64,000 nucleotides of DNA from contig DAIDJN010000063.1 in NCBI GenBank assembly GCA_027451365.1, positions 24,125-88,124 on the forward strand. The letters are read 5' to 3'. A program made the translations under genes and the position numbers. The stretch is from Phycisphaerales bacterium. Lineage in GTDB: Bacteria; Planctomycetota; Phycisphaerae; WQYP01. Below, piece by piece: positions 1-9,393 of the stretch; the first letter of the stretch is position 1; each line of letters begins with the position of its first letter. Below the pieces are notes generated by a model that did no database searches, was not told where the DNA came from, and saw only the letters and a program-made list of their open reading frames with translations.

Positions 1-934
1 GGGGCGGTTCAAAGTTGTCAAATCCACAGATGGATAAATCCCGCGGGGCCGAAAGGTTGTGGCGGGCAAGTTGCGTCATGATTTGATAACCTATGTAATC
101 ATTCATACATATCCATGCGGTAACGCCATTCTTGCGAATCTGCCGGGCGACATGGTCAGCCAGAAGCGGAATGCGAATATTCAGATCAGCCGGGGCATCA
201 GGCAATGTGGCATTGGCAGGATCATAAACCATGCCGCGTTCCATAAGGTTCTGCACATAGCCGGCGAACCTGGCCGTATAAGAGGGCTGATCGTACAGTG
301 AATCAATCAGGCCAATTTTACGATGGCCGAGTTCCAGCAGATGATCAAACAGCAGACTCATGGAACCGAGATTGTCCTCGGTTACGCAGTCGGTCGTGGT
401 ACAGTCGGAATAGCGTTCAAAATTAATACAGGGCATCACGTTGGCCAGCGAATGAACCACCGCCGAAGTGGGTTGATTCACCAGCAGAGCGCCGGAAACA
501 AATGCATCACGTACCACCTGTGGATGCCCCCCGGCGGAGGCCAGTAAATCAAATTCAGCCGATGAAAGAAATTCGACATGCAGCGAAGCCCGATTGGCAC
601 GGGCACCGCGTGACATACCCTGTATCAGGCGCAATGCCACAAGGTTGTGAACGGAATTGGGATTGATCGAACCACGGCATATTGCCGCCAGCGGAACCAG
701 GCCTTGAACAGATTTTATGGCGGCATCGGATGAGGATGCGGTGCTCGCGGTCGACCGCGAACCGGGCAGACGACCGCGTCCTGCCGGGTTTACTTTATAG
801 CCGAACCGCACGGCCGCCTCGCCAACCCGCGCCCGGGTCTCCGGGCTTATAGCCGGGTGATTCCGCAAAGACCTGCTAACGGTGGCCACAGAAATATTAA
901 GTGCTTCGGCAATTGTAAGCTGGCTTACAGTCAT
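1..934 (-). CDS. LacI-family transcriptional regulator (partial; 3' end lies beyond window start)
   Basis: Minus-strand translation from the ATG at 934 gives MTVSQLTIAEALNISVATVSRSLRNHPAISPETRARV, a LacI-type N-terminal HTH, followed by a periplasmic-binding-fold body. The ORF runs off the window edge. Plus-strand ORFs 59..301 and 323..547 are its antisense. Confidence 0.8.
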   Translation of the reverse strand, partial: MTVSQLTIAEALNISVATVSRSLRNHPAISPETRARVGEAAVRFGYKVNPAGRGRLPGSRSTASTASSSDAAIKSVQGLVPLAAICRGSINPNSVHNLVALRLIQGMSRGARANRASLHVEFLSSAEFDLLASAGGHPQVVRDAFVSGALLVNQPTSAVVHSLANVMPCINFERYSDCTTTDCVTEDNLGSMSLLFDHLLELGHRKIGLIDSLYDQPSYTARFAGYVQNLMERGMVYDPANATLPDAPADLNIRIPLLADHVARQIRKNGVTAWICMNDYIGYQIMTQLARHNLSAPRDLSICGFDNFEPP

Positions 935-1089
935 GCAAATAATGGTAGCAATAACGCGGAATCGGGGCAATGCAAAACGGCGATATTTTAATAATTTTGT
1001 TAAAAATGCCAGAAATTATTCATTTTTCAGCACAAAAACATGCCTTGCAGGAGATTCAACGCCATATTCATTAAAGGTAATATTTACGT

Positions 1090-1107
1090 ATTGCATTTAA
1101 ATGCAAT
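1090..1107. promoter_or_regulatory. Perfect 18-bp palindrome ATTGCATTTAAATGCAAT, candidate LacI-type operator
   Basis: Exact dyad symmetry read in the sequence, about 155 bp upstream of the LacI-family start and in the divergent region toward the 1299..1592 gene. Confidence 0.4.
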
Positions 1108-1182
1108 TTCAGGCCTTCGTCTGCCCAGATAGGGCAGGCGAAGGACCGCAGAGCCATCATCATGCATCACGCCCAAAAAAAG

Positions 1183-1225
1183 GACCAGCCCATCGGAAAC
1201 CGGCGGACTGGTCCTTTAAGGAAAA
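1183..1225 (-). terminator. Rho-independent terminator for the small secreted-protein gene
   Basis: Minus-strand reading is AAAGGACCAG-loop-CTGGTCCTTT followed by TTTTTTTT (plus strand: aaaaaaaaggaccagcccatcggaaaccggcggactggtccttt), immediately downstream of the stop of 1299..1592. Confidence 0.7.
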
Positions 1226-1298
1226 CATTTTGCAATTTCAGCCATTTGGCTTGTGCTCTGTCAGGCCTCCAACCGGAGATTGACAGAGTACTCACACA

Positions 1299-1592
1299 TC
1301 AATGCTTGTCGCCACGGATGGCGATACGCAATTGGCCGATCGCTTCATTGGTAAGCTTCAGTGCGGCAACACGGTGGCCATGAAAATCGTGGGCACCTTT
1401 CATAAGCTGTTTTCGCGCGAACATCAGGCCGTGCATGGCGCGAAACAGAAATGGATGACGTTCATGGTGCGCGGCCGCAACCTGGGCGGCGGCCGGGCCA
1501 GACGACCCGGTGGCCAGAACGGCCGTTAAAATTCCAGCGCTGACCACGCCACCAAGAATGAAGCTAACCACGGGTTTGGCGATATTTTTCAT
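1299..1592 (-). CDS. Small secreted/periplasmic protein, function unknown (weak CpxP/Spy-like LTxxQ motif)
   Basis: An internal ATG with GAGGAG 7 nt upstream starts MKNIAKPVVSFILGGVVSAGILTAVLATG, a signal peptide. The protein is about 97 aa and contains LTNEAIGQL. The ORF-track 198-aa N-terminal extension is low complexity. Confidence 0.55.
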   Translation of the reverse strand: MKNIAKPVVSFILGGVVSAGILTAVLATGSSGPAAAQVAAAHHERHPFLFRAMHGLMFARKQLMKGAHDFHGHRVAALKLTNEAIGQLRIAIRGDKH

Positions 1593-2297
1593 AGAAATAC
1601 TCCTCTGCTGAAAGACAGACATTGTGCGAACGGGAAATTCCGTTCGCCACCCGACAACAAGTCGGCAATCGGGACAGCTCCCGGAAAGCGGTCGCCGATC
1701 AAGCCGAACTGTAGAGCAACATGCTCTGAAAACTATCACGCGCACCGCAAGGAAAAGTTGCAGAGACGTAAATATTGGGATACAAATGTGAATACGAAAA
1801 GACCTGAACTTCCGGCCGATAGGCTTGGGCGGGATGTCGGCTAATCTTCCAATAGATAGAATGCTAAAAAGACAGCGGTGGCGAATCTCGTTCATTTATG
1901 TCATAAGTCATTGTGGCATAACCAGTTACCCATAAGCTTGTGTCCATTTTCCGCCGCGACATGAATTGCGTTATTCGGAGATATTAAACCGGATGTCTTT
2001 TAGATGACCACATTCGGATCGCATCGCTGCAATAACCAGTTACGTGCATTGCGGTCCGAAAATTTTGGCTGGCGTTTGGGGTTCTGTGGCGATTGCAGAG
2101 CAGAATTGAAGGCGGGCCATGAGTTTGCGGGCTTAGCCCAATGGGCGGGATGGGATCAAAACAAAGAACGACCTGTATTCCGCGACGGATATTTTGACAA
2201 AGGTGTCGGACAACGCGATGCGGTGGCATTTGGCGCGGCGAAGCCGGATAATTGTCGGTCAGGAACCGAATTCAGGTTTTCGCTCAGGAGTACGGAA

Positions 2298-3827
2298 TTG
2301 AAATTTGCCAAACATTCAGCCGCGGCTTTCTGCATTGCCATGATAAGTATATGCGGCACATCGTCACCTGCGGCTGTCGCGGCGCATTCCGCCGAAACAA
2401 TAAGGCCGATCCACCTGACTGCAACGCTGGAAATGTCGCCTGTCCGAGCGCGCATCAGCCGGTCATTCATGGGGCTATCCATTGAATGGGGACTGGTGGA
2501 TCGGCTGTTGACCAGAAAGTATGGCCGCCAGAAAACGATGATACGACTTTTGAATATGCTGGGGCGGGAAAACGGCCCGCCGGTCCTGCGCATAGGTGGC
2601 AATTCACAGGATGAAGCGGCGTTCGATCTTTCGGGCGACCGGGGGCTGCCGAAGTTTGTGCACATTAATATTTCCCCCCGCACACTGGAGCGCCTGGCGG
2701 AGGTTTCAAAAGCCACAGGCTGCCAGCTTATCATTGGTCTGAATCTGGCGGTGAACAGGCCCGCGCTGGCGGTTAAACTGGTGCGCGAATGCCGGAAAAT
2801 CATCGGGGACAAACACATACTGGCGTATGAGATCGGCAATGAACCGGATTTTTTCAGGCGATTTGGCGGCATCTGGAAAAAGGATAATTTCAAGCTTTAT
2901 CTGCGCCGCTGGAACCGTTATGACCGGGCGATAAATGCGTTGCTTGCGGCGGGGCGGCCACACATTGAGGGTCCGGCCTTCGGCGGCGGTTGGAACCGAC
3001 AGATTCCGAATTTTATAAAACGATTGCATCAGAAACTCAACGTGGTAGGCCTGCACCGGTACGCGCTGGGCGCGCCGGTGAAAAATCCTGAATCTCCGGA
3101 GTTCGCGAGCATTCCGAATCTGTTAAAGAATTCATCGGCAAAGGGGTTTGTGCGTCTGGTGGGGCCAATCATGCGAACAGCCGCGGTGTATCACCTTCCC
3201 GTGCGGTATACGGAAATGAATTCGGCGTGGGGCGGCGGGAAATTGGGCGTATCCGATACATTCGCATCGGCATTGTGGTGCACCGACACACTTTTTGAAA
3301 TTGCCAACGCGGGTTTAACGGGAGTTAATATTCATCTATCCGAAGGGCTGGACCAGTTTGGCGGCTACTACGGACCGGTCTATTTCAAGCGGCATCAGCC
3401 GCTGCGCGTGCGGCCGATGTTTTATGGAATGCTGCTGTTTGCCAACGCCATTGCCGGGCGATCGGAACTAATAAATGTCCATATAAAACAAGGCCAACAA
3501 TGGGAAGGCGAAGTGAATATCTGGGCGGTTCGGGCGGGCAAGCATACCGTGCGGGTTGTCATCATCAATAAAAATATGAAACGAAAGTGTCTGGTTAGAA
3601 TTGATGCCCGCGGTGCCAGAACCATTACTGAATACCGTCTTTGGTCGCCGGCCATGAATTCGGTTTACGGCCTGCGACTGCGCGGCCAGAGTTTTGATGG
3701 CGGCAAGAATGGGCGCCTGACCGGTCAGCGAAGCGTCTCCCGACCGGTTCAATGGACAGACACGAGTGAATTAATGGCGCCGCCACACTCGATTGCGGTC
3801 TATATTTTTCACAGCCAGACTGATTAG
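2298..3827 (+). CDS. Secreted glycoside hydrolase, clan GH-A (GH5/GH30/GH79-like)
   Basis: Motif ILAYEIGNEPDFF (the NEP acid/base signature of clan GH-A). TTG at 2298 with AGGAG 9 nt upstream gives MKFAKHSAAAFCIAMISICGTSSPAAVAAHSAE, a signal peptide. The alternative ATG at 2340 would truncate the signal peptide. Confidence 0.6.
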   Translation: MKFAKHSAAAFCIAMISICGTSSPAAVAAHSAETIRPIHLTATLEMSPVRARISRSFMGLSIEWGLVDRLLTRKYGRQKTMIRLLNMLGRENGPPVLRIGGNSQDEAAFDLSGDRGLPKFVHINISPRTLERLAEVSKATGCQLIIGLNLAVNRPALAVKLVRECRKIIGDKHILAYEIGNEPDFFRRFGGIWKKDNFKLYLRRWNRYDRAINALLAAGRPHIEGPAFGGGWNRQIPNFIKRLHQKLNVVGLHRYALGAPVKNPESPEFASIPNLLKNSSAKGFVRLVGPIMRTAAVYHLPVRYTEMNSAWGGGKLGVSDTFASALWCTDTLFEIANAGLTGVNIHLSEGLDQFGGYYGPVYFKRHQPLRVRPMFYGMLLFANAIAGRSELINVHIKQGQQWEGEVNIWAVRAGKHTVRVVIINKNMKRKCLVRIDARGARTITEYRLWSPAMNSVYGLRLRGQSFDGGKNGRLTGQRSVSRPVQWTDTSELMAPPHSIAVYIFHSQTD

Positions 3828-3891
3828 CCGGATTGGCGGGCCGCTAATGGCAGTGTGGTGGGCCGCGGCGGATGGTGCCAGGACGCGTTTT

Positions 3892-4797
3892 TCAGCGTGA
3901 GACCACAAGCTCGCGCGCTGAAGATTTACACAGGCTTGAAAGCGTATGTTCGGCGGCGCGCAGTTCACGGCCAGCCTTCCAGGCCGTGCACCAGGTGCAG
4001 AGGAGGCGCGTACCGGGTGGCCGGAGCCAGACGAGTTCACCAGCTTCGACCTCGCGGCGGGCGATCCAACTCGCCAGAAGACTCACGCCGAGGCCAAGTT
4101 TAACCAACTCCTTGATCGCCTCCATGGAACCGAGTTCTGTGAATTGTCCCAGGGGCGAGCCATTGCGGGCGAGATAATTATTGACAATATGAAAGGTGAC
4201 GCTTTGCCGGGAATAAAGCACGTAATGCTGGCGTGCCAATTCCGCTTTATCGACTTTTTTCGCCCGCGCCCAGGGGTGGAGCGGGTTTACCAGAAACCCA
4301 AGTTCATCCTCCAGCAGCGGCTCATAGGTAAGCTGACGGGATTTTGGTCCGCATAAAAGAATGGCCAGATCTATCTGGCTTTCTGCGAGCAATTGACCAG
4401 CCTGCGGTGAATCGGCGGGCGTAATGGCCAGAGTCCAGGCTGGATAACTTTCGGAAAACTCGCGTACGGCGGCGGGAAGAATGAACTGACAGGCGGTGGC
4501 CGGCGCGCCGATGCGGATGCGGCCAATATCCGGTCGAGCCGCGGTGGCGACAGCATCCTTCATTTCAGCGATGGCGGTGAATACCCGCTGCGACTCACTT
4601 AGCAGAACCTGCCCAGGCTGGGTAAGGGTAATGGTGCGGCCGGCGCGCAGAAAAAGCGGGCATCCGACCTGCTTTTCCAGGGCTGCGATCTGATGGCTGA
4701 CCGCAGACTGGGTCAGCCGCAAAGATTGTGCAGCCCGCGTAAAGCTTAGTTGTTGTGCAACGGCCTGAAATATCCGGAGCTGGTGCACATCATCCAT
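3892..4797 (-). CDS. LysR-family transcriptional regulator
   Basis: N-terminus MDDVHQLRIFQAVAQQLSFTRAAQSLRLTQSAVSHQIAALEKQVG is a LysR-type HTH; the rest is a LysR substrate-binding fold. AGGTGA is 5 nt upstream of the ATG. It is divergent from the nitrate-assimilation operon. Confidence 0.9.
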   Translation of the reverse strand: MDDVHQLRIFQAVAQQLSFTRAAQSLRLTQSAVSHQIAALEKQVGCPLFLRAGRTITLTQPGQVLLSESQRVFTAIAEMKDAVATAARPDIGRIRIGAPATACQFILPAAVREFSESYPAWTLAITPADSPQAGQLLAESQIDLAILLCGPKSRQLTYEPLLEDELGFLVNPLHPWARAKKVDKAELARQHYVLYSRQSVTFHIVNNYLARNGSPLGQFTELGSMEAIKELVKLGLGVSLLASWIARREVEAGELVWLRPPGTRLLCTWCTAWKAGRELRAAEHTLSSLCKSSARELVVSR

Positions 4798-5087
4798 GCA
4801 TCACCTATGACCAATATTCATCCAAACAAGTTTATCCATGATTTTGATTTATAGTACAGAATCTGCCAGAATGCAAGCGTCGGCAATGAACAGCGGCCAA
4901 GCGAGATTCAACGCCAAATGCAAGCCCCGCAGACAAAGGGCCGCAACACGCGGAGCATGGTGGAAAAGGGCCGCGACCGCAGGGTGGCACAAGATTTGCC
5001 GCCGGATGGGAATCAGACCCGGTTTCGGTAGCCGGAAGCCAAGTGTGTGCGGCAACTGCCGGGTTCTGATTGTAAAAGGAAAAAGCC

Positions 5088-6416
5088 ATGCGCATAGGAT
5101 TTGTCCGTTTAATTGATGCCGCACCACTGATCATTGCACGGGAGAAGGGCTTTTTCGCCGATGCGGGCGTAGGCGTGACGCTGCACCGGGAGATCGGATG
5201 GATCAACATTCGCGACAAGTTGACCTATGGGTTATTGGACGCCAGCCATGCGCTTCTGGGCATGGCTGTGATGAGCCAATTGGGCCGTGGCGATTTTGTG
5301 GAACCGCTGGTGGGAGTCATGGAACTGGGAGCGGGCGGCAATACGCTCGCGGTATCGCGGCATCTGGCGGAAATGGGAATCACCTCAAGTGCGGCGCTGG
5401 GAAATCTGGTGCGAACCGGCCTCTTCGGGCGGAAAATTGTCTGCGCGCATGTGTCCAGCTTTTCCATGCATCATTATCTGTTGCGCGACTGGCTGGCGGA
5501 AGGCGGCATGAACCCTGACCGCGATGTGCAACTTTGCCAACTGACACCCATGCAGGTGGCCGAACACCTGGATCGGGGATATATCGATTTGTTCTGCGTT
5601 GGCGAACCGTGGGGAACGCTGGCACAGGAGCAAAAATGGGGAGCGGTTATCGCCACATCCACCGATATTTTACCGGCGCATCCTGAAAAAATTTTGGCGG
5701 TACGGCAGCATTTTCTGCGGGACCATGCGGATGAAGTTGGCCGGGCGGTGGGTGCCATTCTGCAGGCCTGCCGGTTCTGCCAGAATACGGGAAACATTTC
5801 CGAAATTGCGGCCATTCTGGCCCGACCGGAATATTTAAATGAAAGCGCCCAGCTTCTGGAACGCTGCCTGCATGCCGATTCGGCCGGCACCGGAAGTCTT
5901 TCGGCGCAGCGCGCGCGCCCCAAGGACTGGTTCTTGCGAAACTGGGGTGATGCGTACACATTTCCTTCCTGCACGCATGTGGTCTGGATGCTGCGGCAAA
6001 TGATGCGATGGGGCGAATTGGCGGCCGACGCACCGGTGCGGGAGCTGGCTGAAAGATCCTTGCGATCCGACTTCTATCGCCCGCAGGCGGCGAAACTTGG
6101 CATTGCAATACCGCTTACCGATTTTCCGGATATGCCGCTGCGGCGCGGCCTGCTGACCATGAAGGACGAAGCCTGTGGCTCGCCTGAAAACAATCCCAAG
6201 GGCGGTGCGCCGGTCGCGCAATCAGGGGCGGTGATGAAAAAACCTGCCGCCCAGCGCCACCCAAGACGACTGCGCGAAGATTCCGCACCAGGTTCCGCCG
6301 GAATGCGAAAAGCGGCCACGGCGGCAATTGCGGGAACCGTGGCTGTCAGGGCTGTTTTTAAGCCAACGGCGGTGGACGGATTCAGCCGGTCCGCCGCAGC
6401 GGCAATACGATCGTGA
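5088..6416 (+). CDS. NrtA/NasS-like nitrate/nitrite-binding protein with no signal peptide (probable cytoplasmic sensor)
   Basis: N-terminus MRIGFVRLIDAAPLIIAREKGFFADAGV resembles the NrtA/CmpA/NasS core, with no secretion signal. AAGGA is 9 nt upstream. The C-terminal 70 aa are Pro/Ala/Arg-rich low complexity, so the true stop could be earlier. Confidence 0.65.
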   Translation: MRIGFVRLIDAAPLIIAREKGFFADAGVGVTLHREIGWINIRDKLTYGLLDASHALLGMAVMSQLGRGDFVEPLVGVMELGAGGNTLAVSRHLAEMGITSSAALGNLVRTGLFGRKIVCAHVSSFSMHHYLLRDWLAEGGMNPDRDVQLCQLTPMQVAEHLDRGYIDLFCVGEPWGTLAQEQKWGAVIATSTDILPAHPEKILAVRQHFLRDHADEVGRAVGAILQACRFCQNTGNISEIAAILARPEYLNESAQLLERCLHADSAGTGSLSAQRARPKDWFLRNWGDAYTFPSCTHVVWMLRQMMRWGELAADAPVRELAERSLRSDFYRPQAAKLGIAIPLTDFPDMPLRRGLLTMKDEACGSPENNPKGGAPVAQSGAVMKKPAAQRHPRRLREDSAPGSAGMRKAATAAIAGTVAVRAVFKPTAVDGFSRSAAAAIRS

Positions 6417-6469
6417 TTTTTCGGTCCGTCCGTTGAAGGTGACCAGACGAATTTTTCGGGAGTTTGACA

Positions 6470-8920
6470 ATGATTCGCAACAACACCCAGCGGCTGGTGA
6501 TAATAGGCAACGGCATGGCCGGGGCGCGCGTGGCGGAGGAAATTCTCAATAGAGACCCGACTCGGTTTTCCATCACGATGGTGGGTGTGGAACCGGGGGG
6601 CAACTACAATCGCATTCTGCTGTCCAACGTGCTCAATGGCAGCCAGTCGCCTGAACAAATCACACTCAATCCGCTTGACTGGTACGAACGCAACGGGATT
6701 GAACTGATCACATCGCAGGCGGCGATCGGACTGGACCGCGCCAGGCGCCGCATCATGCTGATAAGCGGGCGCACACTGGACTATGACAAAGTGATCATTG
6801 CGACGGGCAGCCGACCGTTTGTGCCCCCGGTGCCGGGGGTGGAATTGCATGGGGTGTTCGTATTCCGCACACTGGAAGATTGCCGGGCGATAGAGAAATG
6901 GGCGAAAAAATCGCGCGGAGCCGTGGTAATCGGTGGCGGCCTGCTGGGACTCGAAGCGGCGCGCGGACTGCTGACGCATGGGCCGAAAGTCGATGTCGTG
7001 GAAATTGCCAGCCATCTGATGGCGGTACAGCTTGACGCGGCCGCCGGCGCCATTCTGGGGCGCACGATCGGGGCGATGGGTGTGACCGTTCATTGCGGGC
7101 AAACCGTTGCCGCGCTGCACGGCAACGCGCAAAGCGCCGTGTGCGCGGTTGAATTTAAAGGGGGCGGAAGGATCGCATGTGACATGGTGGTCATTTCCGC
7201 CGGCATACGTGCGAACAAGGAAATCGGGGCCGATGCGGGCCTGCAGACCGAGCGCGGCATTCTGGTAAATGACCAGATGCAGACATCAGACCCGGACATT
7301 TACGGCGTGGGTGAATGCTGCCAGCACAACGGGCAGGTGTATGGGCTGGTCGCGCCGATCTGGGAACAGTGCCAGGTACTGGCGGACCACATTACCGGAC
7401 GGAATCCGACCGCGCGTTATCGCGGGTCGGTCACCGGCACCAAGCTGAAAGTAATGGGCGTGAATGTGGCAGGAATGGGAGAACGCGACGGACTGCCGAG
7501 CGACGACATTGTCCGTTATGAAGAACCGGCCAGCGGCCAATATAAAAAATTGGTCGTGCGCGATGGCAAACTCGTGGGCGCGACGCTTCTTGGAGATACC
7601 GACAGCTTTTCCGATCTGCTGGCGCTTGTGCAGTCCGGTGCCCCGCTGCCCACGCGGCGCGCCGACCTTTTGTTCGGAACCGCGGCGGCGACGACGGGCG
7701 GATATTCGATTGCGGATTTGCCGGATGATAAACAGATATGCGACTGCAACGGTATATCCAAAGGGCAGATATGCAAGGCCATTAAGGCGGGCAAAACCAC
7801 AATTCCCGCGGTGGGCAAGGCCACGCGCGCGGGCACGGGCTGCGGAAGTTGCAAAAAAATGATCCGAGAACTGATCGAGGAGATTGCCGGACAGATAAAG
7901 GCCGACCCGAGCGAATCCTGGTATGTGTCGGCAATACCTATGGATAAGCCAACTCTGCGCGCCGCAATTCTGGAACGGGGACTTAAAAGCGTCTCATCGG
8001 TGATGGCACAGCTGGCCACAAAGGATGATGACAAATCCCGCATGGGACTTGCGATTCTGCTGCGGTCGATATGGCATAAGGAATATGTGGATGAACGGGA
8101 CTGCCGCTATGTGAATGACCGTGTCCACGGGAACATACAGAAGGACGGAACCTTTTCGGTTATTCCGCGCATCTACGGCGGCGTGACGACTGCGGATGAG
8201 TTGGTGAAAATAGGGCTGGTGGCGAAAAAATATAACGTGCCGACCGTGAAGCTTACCGGTGGCCAGCGGATTGACCTGCTGGGGGTGAAAAAAGAACTTC
8301 TGCCGGATATTTGGCGTGACCTGGGCATGGTCAGCGGATATGCGTACACCAAGGCGTTTCGCACCTGCAAAACATGCGTCGGTTCCGAATGGTGCCGCTT
8401 CGGCACCAACGATTCAACGGCCCTGGGGATCGCCATTGAAAAGCGATTTGCGGGACTGGAAACGCCTGCCAAAGTGAAAATGGGCGTTTCCGGATGTCCG
8501 CGCAATTGTGCCGAAGCGACGGTGAAAGATGTGGGAATAATCGCGACGGAAGGCGGCGAATGGGAAATACTTGTGGGGGGCGCCGCCGGGGTTGGCGTGC
8601 GTAAAGCGGATTCACTTTGCCGCGTGAAATCGCAGCAGGACGCAATTCGCGTAACCGAACGCTTCCTGCAATATTACCAGGAACATGGCCGCTATCTGGA
8701 AAGAACGTACGATTTTGTCCCGCGTATCGGGATTGAAAAGTTGCGGAGCATTCTGGTTGAAGACAGCGAAGGCCTTTGCGCCGATCTGGACGAACGCGCT
8801 GCGGCCAGTATTCAGGCCGCACTGGACCCCTGGGAAGATGACAGCCGCAGTCCGAAATATGCCGGGCAGTTTTCTCCGGTACGCCAGGTGGCACTGCCGG
8901 TTCTTACGCCGGCCGGCTAG
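6470..8920 (+). CDS. nirB: Assimilatory nitrite reductase [NAD(P)H] large subunit
   Basis: LVIIGNGMAGARVAEE FAD/NAD Rossmann motif, a BFD-like Cys cluster (CDCNGISKGQICKAI...GTGCGSCKK), and sirohaem/4Fe-4S nitrite-sulfite reductase Cys motifs (CKTCVGSEWCRFG, SGCPRNCAEA). The ATG at 6470 is preferred over the TTG at 6464. Confidence 0.92.
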   Translation: MIRNNTQRLVIIGNGMAGARVAEEILNRDPTRFSITMVGVEPGGNYNRILLSNVLNGSQSPEQITLNPLDWYERNGIELITSQAAIGLDRARRRIMLISGRTLDYDKVIIATGSRPFVPPVPGVELHGVFVFRTLEDCRAIEKWAKKSRGAVVIGGGLLGLEAARGLLTHGPKVDVVEIASHLMAVQLDAAAGAILGRTIGAMGVTVHCGQTVAALHGNAQSAVCAVEFKGGGRIACDMVVISAGIRANKEIGADAGLQTERGILVNDQMQTSDPDIYGVGECCQHNGQVYGLVAPIWEQCQVLADHITGRNPTARYRGSVTGTKLKVMGVNVAGMGERDGLPSDDIVRYEEPASGQYKKLVVRDGKLVGATLLGDTDSFSDLLALVQSGAPLPTRRADLLFGTAAATTGGYSIADLPDDKQICDCNGISKGQICKAIKAGKTTIPAVGKATRAGTGCGSCKKMIRELIEEIAGQIKADPSESWYVSAIPMDKPTLRAAILERGLKSVSSVMAQLATKDDDKSRMGLAILLRSIWHKEYVDERDCRYVNDRVHGNIQKDGTFSVIPRIYGGVTTADELVKIGLVAKKYNVPTVKLTGGQRIDLLGVKKELLPDIWRDLGMVSGYAYTKAFRTCKTCVGSEWCRFGTNDSTALGIAIEKRFAGLETPAKVKMGVSGCPRNCAEATVKDVGIIATEGGEWEILVGGAAGVGVRKADSLCRVKSQQDAIRVTERFLQYYQEHGRYLERTYDFVPRIGIEKLRSILVEDSEGLCADLDERAAASIQAALDPWEDDSRSPKYAGQFSPVRQVALPVLTPAG

Positions 8921-8985
8921 AACGGCGGCATGGCTTGCGTGTCTTTATTCACATGCAGATACTTACATCATTCTAAGGACAGGTT

Positions 8986-9387
8986 ATGCCCGACATAATG
9001 GAAATAACAGAATCAGCCGACGGTCTGGAAAGTCCGGCGGAATCGATCACGGCGGCGGGCACCCAGCCGAACACGATGGCTGTGGCCATCTGCCCGGTCA
9101 CGGATTTACCTCTCGGATTGGGCCGCGCATTCCAAATCGGATCGCGAACGCTGGCGCTGTTTCTGACACGATCGGGCGGCGTGTTCGCCATGGACAACCG
9201 CTGCCCGCACAAAGGCGGCCCGCTGGCGGACGGGATGATATCCGACGGTGCGGTGGTCTGTCCGCTGCATGCCTTCCGGTTCAACCTGACCAGCGGCACC
9301 TGTGACCAGGAAGGGCAATGCCCGGTGAGGGCCTATTCGGCACATGTGGAAAAGGGCATGGTTATTGTTGATTTGCCGGTGGAGTGA
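8986..9387 (+). CDS. nirD: Nitrite reductase small subunit (Rieske-type)
   Basis: CPHKGGPLADG...VCPLHAFRF Rieske [2Fe-2S] motif, 133 aa, immediately after nirB. AAGGACAGG lies upstream of the ATG. Confidence 0.9.
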   Translation: MPDIMEITESADGLESPAESITAAGTQPNTMAVAICPVTDLPLGLGRAFQIGSRTLALFLTRSGGVFAMDNRCPHKGGPLADGMISDGAVVCPLHAFRFNLTSGTCDQEGQCPVRAYSAHVEKGMVIVDLPVE

Positions 9388-9393
9388 CAGACG

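Noticed and set aside
59-547. Plus-strand ORFs 59..301 and 323..547
   Set aside because: They are antisense to a well-supported LacI-family regulator gene on the minus strand (HTH N-terminus, periplasmic-binding-fold body). They have no motifs.
2004-2297. ORF-track N-terminal extensions (for example 98 aa on the GH gene, 82 aa on pyrD, 50 aa on pstB, 63 aa on the lipoprotein)
   Set aside because: The extensions lack signal or domain content. In each case an internal ATG/TTG/GTG has an SD-like sequence upstream and yields a proper signal peptide or family-typical N-terminus. Several ORF-track M residues are actually TTG/GTG codons.
6074-7132. 352-aa minus-strand ORF overlapping the nasS-like tail and nirB
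   Set aside because: It is antisense to nirB, which has unmistakable FAD/NAD and sirohaem motifs. Its composition (Arg/Ala/Pro-rich) is what the reverse frame of high-GC coding DNA typically produces.
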